A DNA stretch of 61,578 bases, filler included, from Squatina squatina (lineage: Eukaryota), in assembly GCA_031763465.1 (NCBI GenBank). It is 4 parts of 4 records of this genome, joined end to end, with 100 filler letters (N's around TTAATTAATTAA, not from the genome) between each part and the next. Parts side by side here need not be neighbours in the genome. Positions count along the whole stretch, not along the records: positions 45,619 to 61,578 come from JARFOE010000120.1; 3 more parts are not named here. The stretch is one strand, 5' to 3'. A program made the translations under genes and the position numbers. A model generated the notes under the pieces. That model was not told where the DNA came from. It worked only from the letters and a program-made list of their open reading frames with translations, and did no database searches. Of the stretch, positions 52,823-61,578 are shown piece after piece (positions within the stretch are counted from its first letter, which is position 1; each line of letters opens with the position of its first letter).

Positions 52823-53554
52823 GTCATAAATACAGGGTAGTCAATAATAAATCCAACCGGGAGTTCAGGAGAAACGTCTTTACCCAGAGAGCGGTGGGAA
52901 TGTGGAACTCGCTACCACAGGGAGTGGTCGAGGNNNNNNNNNNNNNNNNNNNNNNNNNNNNNNNNNNNNNNNNNNNNNNNNNNNNNNNNNNNNNNNNNNN
53001 NNNNNNNNNNNNNNNNNNNNNNNNNNNNNNNNNGAGTGACAAGCTGATATCCTGGCAGATAATCGCGGGGACACAGCTCTTTGACATTATGCGCTTGTAA
53101 TCTAACACCTGATGGCACAGACCGCACATGGCAGACACAGCTGACAAAGAGTCAGAGGCGATGAGAAGGGGGCTGATCGCTCACAGGAATGCATGTGAAG
53201 GATCATTGCTGCCAACCAGAGCTGGATGACAAATTCATTCTGCACAATTTATGAGCGGAAATCATGAAGGGGTCGAGCTCGTGCCTTCAGGAAGATGCCA
53301 GCGATGTACTATTTTTTTGCTGGTGCTGCAAGGATCCCAATCAACGACAGCAGCAGGAAAGCATTGCCAGCTCATTATTTTGGAAGGTTTATGATGAGAT
53401 CAGACAGTGCAACAACAATCTCCTGCCTGCAGCAAGTGCTTTCCTCGGGAGCTGTCAATGATATGCATCGTACGCTCAGCAAGCAAGTCACCAACTCTTA
53501 AAATCCACCTTTGGCTCCTCAACAATGAAGAAACTAACCGCTGAGATTTCGGTG

Positions 53555-53988
53555 TTGGGCGTGGCTCAGTGAGCAGCACACTTGCCTCACAATCAGAAGG
53601 TTGTGGGTTCAAGTCCCACCCCCGAGGCTTGAATACCTAATCTAGGCTGCCACTCCAGTGCAGTGCTGAGGGAGTGCCATGCTGTCTTTTGGATGTGACA
53701 TTAAACCAAGGCCCCATCTGCCCTCTCAGGTGGATGTAAAAGATCCCTCGGCCACTATTTTGAAGAAGAGCAGGAGAGTTATTCCCGGTGTCCTGGGGCC
53801 AATACTAATCCCTCACCCAACATCACTTAAACAGATGAGCTGGTCATTATCACATTGCTGTTTGTGGGAGCTTGCTGTGCACAAATTGGCCGTCACATTT
53901 TCTACATTACAACAGTGACTACACTTCAAAAGTACTTTGTTGGCTGTAAAGCGCTTTGGGACATTGTGAAAGGCGCTCTAGAAATGCA
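53555..53988 (+). mobile_element. Near full-length tRNA-derived Deu-domain SINE (SacSINE1-like)
   Basis: A box TGGCTCAGTGAG, B box GGTTCAAGTCC, core ccctctcaggtggatgtaaaagatccc, LINE-like tail. Confidence 0.82.
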
Positions 53989-54455
53989 CGGGCTAGAAAC
54001 TGATTCGTGCCCCGTTGGGGCGCTCACAGGGCGGGAGCCGGCATTTCTTGCGCTGCTGCCCGCCCCGCAACCCCCCCCACCGCCCGTGAAATTCATCACG
54101 GGCGCGCTCCCAGACGCAACTGGGGTGGCTGCCTTCTTACACCGCTGGGGTGGCCTGAGCGACATGCCAGCAACATCAAGAGCGTCGTGTCAGTGCACTG
54201 CGCGCTGACGTCAGCAGCACTGCTAGGCCTCCCTTAAAGGGGAGGGCTGCCGGCCATCCTGACAGCGCCTCGCAACCCGACACTGGGCCACCAGGGAAGC
54301 CGGCGACTGGGTCACCAGCCTGGCACACCGGTCGACGTGCCAGGCGAGGGGATAATGACCCAATCAGATCGAGGGCCGCTATCATTCGGCCGACACTGAA
54401 GTCAGCTGGAAAATAAAGATGGTGGCCGCAGGTACACAGGCCCTCCCCTTTAAGG
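53989..54455. mobile_element. CpG-rich MITE-like element, inverted relative to 2962-3740
   Basis: Shared motifs AAAGATGGYGGCC, CACTGGGCYACCAGGGA, CCCTTAAAGG and TGACGTCA in reverse order. Confidence 0.6.
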
Positions 54456-54639
54456 NNNNNNNNNNNNNNNNNNNNNNNNNNNNNNNNNNNNNNNNNNNNN
54501 NNNNNNNNNNNNNNNNNNNNNNNNNNNNNNNNNNNNNNNNNNNNNNNNNNNNNNNCAATAAACCCCCAAATTATTGGGGCCAATTCAAAAACAAGATGGG
54601 TACCAATTTTTTTTTTAATGCACAAATTAATAACAAATG

Positions 54640-54955
54640 TTGAATGTTAAACCGAGGCCCCGTCTGCTCTCTCAGGTGGATGTCAAAGATCTCATAGTTC
54701 CATTTCAAAGAAGAGCAGAGGAGTTCTCCCCAGTATCCGGGGCCAATATTTATCCCTTAATCAACATCACTAAAAAATGGATTATCTGGTCATTATCACA
54801 TTGCTATTTGTGTGAGCTTGCTGTGCGCAAATTGGCTGCCGCGTTTCCCACATTCCAACAGTGATTACACGTCAAAAAAATACTTCATTGGCTGTAAAGT
54901 GCTTTGGGATGTCCTGAGGTTGTGAAAGGCGCTATATAAATGCAAGTTCTTTTTC
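54640..54955 (+). mobile_element. Deu-domain SINE, 3' two-thirds
   Basis: Colinear with 53700-53988. Confidence 0.8.
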
Positions 54956-55806
54956 TCTTCCAGATAAAGCAATTTTACTTAACAAAAGGTAAGATTTTCT
55001 AACCCTTCAGGTGCGATGTCAGATGCCAGGCTAATTTCATATGCAAACATCTGTGCTTATTCCAACACGCCAGATCATTCTGGGCCCTTCAGAGCAGCCA
55101 GACTGAAATATGGTCCCGATCTGACCTTGAGTTGCCACTTAGCATCGGATTAAATGTGCTCAAACCTCCCTGTCTTCCAGCGCTGCTATCCATCACCGTA
55201 ATAAGCTGAGAAAATTCCGTCTTACTTTACACAAATAGTTTGTTAAGGGCCGCATTATATCTTTATTGCCGAAAGTCTTCGGAGAAAACTGCCCAGAGAG
55301 TTCATAAATCTCTTCAGACTGCTGGCCAGAGATGTTTATGCTTGAGCTCTGAAGTGTTTATGAAAATTAATCATCTTGTAATGTCGTTCTGGGTTGTGTG
55401 ACATCCTTTGAATGCTGCACATCAATTTGCCTTGATCCAATTAGGAGTTAAAAGACAGTTATTTTAGTCTTGTAAGTAGAATTAATGGAGAAGGGAAAAT
55501 TAATTAAAATGTTGGGACCCTGCGCAATCGTCAACTTGATATGAAAGGCACCTTCACTTTTCAAGCAATGGAGGCTAACTGATGTTATTAAGAGGAAAAA
55601 TCCACCCTGTATTTAAAGCTGGTCTCTTCATTGCTGCACAGACTCAGTTCATCAAGGGCAAAGTTGGCTTTGACTTGAGAATGAACAGAGTAGGCAGGTC
55701 ATGCTCAAACTGGGAAATCAAGAGAGAAATCTTCAACCAAAATACAGCAGAGGCTGGAAATCGGAACTAAAAGCAGAAATCGCTGGAAATACTCAGCAGG
55801 TCAGAA

Positions 55807-56057
55807 GGCTTTTGATAAGGTCCTACATAAGAGGTTAAAATTAAAGCACATGGGATTGGGGGTAATATACTGGCATGGATAGAGAATTGGTTGATGGACA
55901 GGAAACAGAGAATAGGAATAAATGGGCCTTTTTCCAGGTGGCAGGCAATGACGAGTGGGGTTCCGCAGGGATCAGTGCTCGGGCCCCAGCTATTCACAAT
56001 ATATATCAATGATTTGGATGAGGGAACTAAATGTAACATTTCCAAGTTTGCAGACGA
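55807..56057 (+). mobile_element. CR1 LINE reverse transcriptase fragment
   Basis: RKQRIGING...[34 protein letters not shown]. Confidence 0.88.
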
Positions 56058-56845
56058 NNNNNNNNNNNNNNNNNNNNNNNNNNNNNNNNNNNNNNNNNNN
56101 NNNNNNNNNNNNNNNNNNNNNNNNNNNNNNNNNNNNNNNNNNNNNNNNNNNNNNNNNGAAATATCTGCGCTCTTCCAATTCTGGCCTCCAGCATATCCCC
56201 CGATTTTCATCTCTCCACCATTGGCCACCAAAGAACATAATTACCTGGTCATTTTAGATGTCTGTGGGATCTTGCTGTGTGAAAATTGGCTGCTGCATTT
56301 ACTTACAAAACCAACAGTGTTCTTTAAAAAAATAATCTCTTGCTTGTAAAGTGTTTTGGGATGCCTTGAGGACATGATAAGGTGCTTTATAAATAGAAGT
56401 TCTTTCCTGATAACTGGAAGCACAAGATTACAGTCCTCTGCGAGGCACATTCAGCTGCTCATTATGGGTTCAGTAGTGAAAGGAGGAACACTTGGCTTTT
56501 TACTGCAAATGGATAGTCATTTTCTTGTATAATGAGGCTTATTGCATTCAATTATGTGGTAAATGATGTGTGATATTGAGCTTTGTAGCTATAGTGTGGA
56601 GCTCCACTAAGTTCAAACTCACTGTCAGTGGATTACGTTACATAAGGTACCTTGTATTCCATTTCCCTTCAGATAATTATGCTTGGTTTCCAGTGATTAG
56701 TTAGCACGCCCTCCAGTTTTACTGCAGTTCTACTGCACTGGACCTACCAGTTCAACACTAGTGTCATTTTGACACCACATTTACACAATTGTAATGTTGC
56801 CGTGAAGCTGGTTTGCTCTGTGCCGATGCGACAGTTACAGTGTAA

Positions 56846-57312
56846 ACAAGAACATAAGAATTAGGAGCAGGAGTAGGCCATTCGGCCCCTCAAGCCTGCT
56901 CCAATATTCAAGAAGATCATGGCTGATCTTCGACCTCAACCCCACTTTCCCGCCCAATCCCCATATCCCTTGATTCCCCTAGAGTCCAAAAATCTGGCTA
57001 TCTCTGTCTTGCATATACTCAATGACTCAGCATCTACAGCCCTCTGGAGCAGAGAATTCCAAAGATTCACCACCCTCTGAGTAAAGAAATTTCTCCTCAT
57101 CTCAGTCCTAAATGGCCGACCCCTTGTTCTGAGACTGTGACCCCTGGTTCTAGACTCTCCAACCAGGGGAAACATCCTCTTGGCATCTACCCTATCAGTC
57201 CCCCTCAGAATCTTGTATGTTTTAATGAGATCACATCTCATTCTTCTAAGCCCCAGAGAGTATAGGCCCAGTCTACTCACAGGACAGCCTTCACATCCCA
57301 GGGATCAGTCTA
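56846..57312 (-). mobile_element. CR1 LINE 3' end
   Basis: RLGLYSL...TRGHSLR...RRNFFTQRVVNLWNSL...IKGYGD plus 3' tail. Confidence 0.88.
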
Positions 57313-58140
57313 GTAAATGCTGCGGAGACCTGGAGTCATGGCCAGCTGCTGAGCCTCACCCTCTCGGTCTGCACCAGGCACATTTGGCCCAAGTTTGTTT
57401 CACACCACTGCTGAACTTCTGGGCTTGGAATTTCCAGAGGGGACTCTCCTGCAGGAGATCTGTGGAACCCTGGAGAAGTGGTGCAAGTGGCCATTTGCGT
57501 GGTTTCTCCAGGGTTTGTGTCCACTGATCCTCGGCCAGAGTCACAGCGAAAAATTGGGAGAGCCCTGCAGAAACTCTTCCTCCGTAGTGTATTAGCACTC
57601 CTTTACTGCTGTATGTGTTGGGGGGCGGTACACTGGGCATGCAGGGCTCTACTCATAAACCTCATACTCAGGATATGGGCGTCGCTGGCAAGGCCAGCAT
57701 TTATTGCCCATCCCCAGTTGGCCTTTGAGGTGCTGCTGGTGGTGGGCCACCTTCTTGAACCGCTGCAGTCCTTCTGATTTTGAGGCGCGAGTGCAACCAT
57801 ATTCCTTCCCTTCCCATTGTTTGTGTGCAGTCTGGGCAGGATAGTGCCACTGTGGATTCCTGCACACAATCTGAGCTTTTGGTTTTAATGCCGTCAAGAC
57901 TGTTGAACCAGATGAAAGTCAGGATCCATGACGGGGGATGAAGAGTGACAAGGGAGGCGACTGGGATGGTCCCAGCGAGATGCGATATTTAGTTCTGCTA
58001 CTGTAGCTCCTTAATCCTGTTATCTGAAGTAACTGGAGGTNNNNNNNNNNNNNNNNNNNNNNNNNNNNNNNNNNNNNNNNNNNNNNNNNNNNNNNNNNNN
58101 NNNNNNNNNNNNNNNNNNNNNNNNNNNNNNNNNNNNNNNN

Positions 58141-58300
58141 TCAGTACTGCCCCTCCGACAGTGCAGCACTCCCTCAGTACTGCCCCTCCGACAGTGCAGC
58201 GCTCCCTCAGTACTGCAATGGGAGTGTTGCCCTGGATCCTGTGCTTGAGTCTCTGGAGAGGGGCTTCAACCCAGTAGCCAAGGTGTCAGTGCTCGGTTAC
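58141..58300 (-). mobile_element. Deu-domain SINE 5' part with 33-bp array (58141-58217)
   Basis: TCAGTACTGCCCCTCCGACAGTGCAGC(A/G)CTCCC units at a gap edge, followed by the SINE 5' region. Confidence 0.8.
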
Positions 58301-59611
58301 AGCAGGAGTTAATTTAGGAGCAGTGAGAGGAAATGTTACAAGTCGCTCTTCATTTAGCACATTATAAAAAGCGCTTAATAAAACAGGAGCAGCCACTATT
58401 AATTACAATTAATAATGGAGTCACTTGGCACGCGGCCCAGCGAGCTCAAACACTGTTTTGCTGGCTCGTGTACTTGTATACACGGGAAGTTAATTCCAGT
58501 GTCTGTAATTGATTCAGGGCACCTAGCAATGTGAGGAAGCCATCTAAAGTTAATCAGCTCGGAGCATACTGCAGTGATGATGCAAAGCATTTGTGCTTTC
58601 GTTAGGACTGGTGCCTGTTTCTGCAGACTAAGAGTGCCTGACTTGGCAGCGTTTTCTCCTTCTTACAGATTCCCTCTTTGATTCATGGCTTTGTCAACAC
58701 AATCAGTCTCATTGTTCAAGAGATGACACATTATTCCTCTCCTGAGCAAATTGGGGGCTGGGTGGGAATTCTACCCGTGACACTTTCCCCGCAGCACCTG
58801 GGGTAGGTTTATTCGAGCGAGACGTCTTCTCCGCTATGGTATTTTCTTCCTTTCTCCGAGGGTCTCCCTGCACCTCGCATCCTTCCCAGACAAGAAAGGA
58901 GAAAGGCTTGCATTTACATAGTACCTTTCGCCTTTCCAGCCTGTCCCAAAGCATTTCACATTCGATGAATTACGGTTGAAGTGCAGTCGCTGTTATGTAA
59001 GTAACATGATGCAATGTTTGCACACAGCAAGACCCAGCAACAGTAGATTAAATGAATGACCAGTTAAACCGCTTTCCTGGTGTTGGGAGGAAAGTAATCT
59101 TAGCCAGGATGCCAGGGAGAACTCCCCTGCTCTTCATCGAGATACATCCACCACAACAGGCAGAGGTAATCTCTCAACCATAACACAGCAACCAGTTCAC
59201 ATGCCTGTACCGAAATCACATGAAGGGNNNNNNNNNNNNNNNNNNNNNNNNNNNNNNNNNNNNNNNNNNNNNNNNNNNNNNNNNNNNNNNNNNNNNNNNN
59301 NNNNNNNNNNNNNNNNNNNNNNNNNNNGCAATGCATGAAAGAAGGCATGTCATAGTAATCAAGAATCAGCTCCCAAATTCATCCAATTTTGCAATTAAAA
59401 TTATGCTAATCAAAAGAAATTGCTGCAGTATGGGGGCAGTTCGCATCTCCAGTGTAAATCGGGTGGGTGAAGGATGGGGCTTGTGCTGCACCAGCTAAAA
59501 GAAATCGATGTAGGGCCTGTGTTGTTTTTGTGTCTGGGCTTAATTTAAATTAAATCGACAAGTTGCCTGCATGAAATGCACTCCCTACAGGAAAAGGGTG
59601 GGAAATCTGAC

Positions 59612-60760
59612 AGGAACATAGCAACATTGGGAACGGGAATAGACCATTCAGCCCCCCAAGCTGGCAATCAATTAGATCATGGCTGATCTGCACCTCAACT
59701 CCATTTACCCGCCTTTATTCCATATCCTTTGCTGCCCTTACCTGACAAAAACCCAGAAATCTCAGTCTTGAAGGCTCCAATTGTCCCATCATTCACCGCC
59801 TTTTGGGGGAGATAATTCCGGATTTCTACTATGTGTGAAAAAGTGTCTCCTGATTTCCCTCCTGAATGACCTAACTTTAATGGTAAAATTATGCCCCTTT
59901 GTTCTTGATTCCCGACAAGAGGAAATAGCATCTCTGTTCTACCTATCAAATCTGTTCAACATTTTAAGCAGCTTGATCACATCACCCCTCAATCTTCTAT
60001 ACAAGGGAATATAAGTCAAGGTTTTGCAACCTGTCCTCATAATATAAGCCTCTAAGCCCCAATATAATTGTATAATTCTGGTGAACCTGCGCTGCCCTGA
60101 TTCTAAGGCCAATATATCCTTCCTGAGGTGTGGTGCCCAAAACTGAACACAGTACTCCAGGTGGGGTCTGACCAAGGCTCTGTACAATTGAAGCATCATT
60201 TCCTCACTTTTGTATTCTCGCCCCCTTGAGATAAAGGTTAACATTCCATTAGCCTTTTTGATTTTTTTTTTCTATCTGTCTACTAGCCGTTAATGATTTG
60301 TGTACTTGGACTCTCAAATCTCTTTGCTTCTCTACAGTTCCTAGTTTCTCACCATTTAGAAAATACTCCGATTTATCTTTCTTGAGTCCAAAGTGGTGAC
60401 CTCACACTTCCCCACATTGAAACCCACTTGCCATAGTTTTGTCAACTCATTTAATCTGTCTATGTCCCTTTGCAACTTCCTGTCCCCATCTGAACTACTT
60501 ACTGTCCCTCCTAATTTAGTGACATCTGCATACTTGGAAATACAACTCTTCTGTATTCCTCCATCCTAGTCATTAATAGATATAGTGAAAAGTTGAGGAC
60601 CCAGAACAGTCGTGACCAGTTGTTACATTGCACCAATCAGAGTACGTACCCTTTATCTCCTACCTCCCAACAAATTTCCAACCCGAATCTACCTCCAATT
60701 CCGTGCAGTGCCATTTTTGCCAATAATCTTTGGTGTGGAACCCTATCGAATGCCTTCTGT
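59612..60760 (-). mobile_element. CR1 LINE, about 1.1 kb 3' fragment, decayed
   Basis: QKAFDRVPHQRLL...LYRALVRPHLEYCVQFWAPHLRKDI...RRLRGD. Confidence 0.88.
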
Positions 60761-60778
60761 AAGCACAAAGAAATAATG

Positions 60779-61578
60779 GGGGAGGAATTCCCCACCTTAT
60801 CACCGTCCGTTAGCATGGTGTAATTTTGAGAAAGCGGTGGTTGCCACTCTTCCACCATCGGGTGGCAGGTCCCGCGGCATCCTCCATTTCCGTGGGCCCG
60901 GTGATGCTGCCGTTAAGTAGTATCGCCCTACAAAGAAAAATGGCGAGTGGTGATGGCACGCCGACTTAACGTCACCACGGCAAACTTCGACCCTGAGTTC
61001 AGCGTTGGGTCCTAAGCACTCTGGGTTTACCTGGCATGCAAGCAGACTGACAGAGGCGCTGTCAGCACCTCTTAAAGGGATACATTCTTCCTTCAGGTAA
61101 GTTTGCATTTAAGCTTTTGGACTTTTTTTTAGATTTTACTGAAGTGGTGGTTTGCTGCAGTAAATGTTAGACTGTGGAATCAAGTGACACTGTGTCTTTT
61201 TTTCTTTTTATTTCTTCTTTTTCTTCTTCTTTCTCCTCTCCCTCTTCTTGGCTAACCACTGGGTTGGGCAGGCTGCATTTCTTGCGTGTGTGAAATGAAG
61301 AATGCACAAGGGCGGAGTTGTGATGAGGGGGGATGGGAAAGCAAGGGGTGCATGTGAGAAGGAGGATAACATATGAGGATACCAGCATGCAGCTTCTTTG
61401 GGCACTGGAGCCAGGTCATGGGGGCGACACTGCTGATAGTGACGGCCTCTGTGATGTAGTCTCACATCATTCTTTCTGGAGGGCCTCCTGGCCCCTGTGG
61501 ATAGAGGACCTCTCTTGCAGTGTTGACCCTTGCCCAAAGTTGAAGTTCTGAGTGCGGGACCATGGTTCCCTTTCCGTG
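60779..61578 (-). mobile_element. Decayed PIF/Harbinger-like element with a Myb/SANT remnant
   Basis: Minus-strand frames EVLYPQG and ITEAVTISSVAPMTWLQCPKKL resemble Harbinger Myb-like ORFs; GC-rich terminal region near 60779. Confidence 0.4.

Overview
This is not a prokaryotic locus. It is vertebrate genomic DNA, most likely from a shark or other cartilaginous fish (Deu-domain tRNA-SINEs, CR1/L2/RTE LINEs, Penelope-like ends, slowly evolving exons), taken from a fragmented assembly. Short contigs are joined by 10-N and 100-N placeholder gaps. Three artificial 44N-TTAATTAATTAA-44N linkers split the window into four unrelated blocks. Block 1 (1-13001) has four minus-strand exons of FSTL4. Block 2 (13102-31146) has isolated exons of NCOR1, ABR, POLDIP2, WDR81 and SMG6, all human chr17 orthologues. 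Block 3 (31247-45518) has exons of GAS8/DRC4, a CDH1-type cadherin, CYBA and MVD, all human chr16q orthologues. Block 4 (45619-61578) has one GALNT9 exon among repeat-free, enhancer-like islands. Gene calls come from my own translation of GT-AG-bounded exons, compared with human proteins from memory, and no gene is complete. I do not see a convincing new multi-gene system. The best leads are a SINE subfamily carrying an internal 33-bp VNTR, a 160-170 bp hAT-type MITE with readable target-site duplications, a CpG-rich palindromic MITE family, a satellite with higher-order structure, a tRNA-Asn pseudogene in a GAS8 intron, and a stop/frameshift anomaly at the 5' edge of the WDR81 homology.
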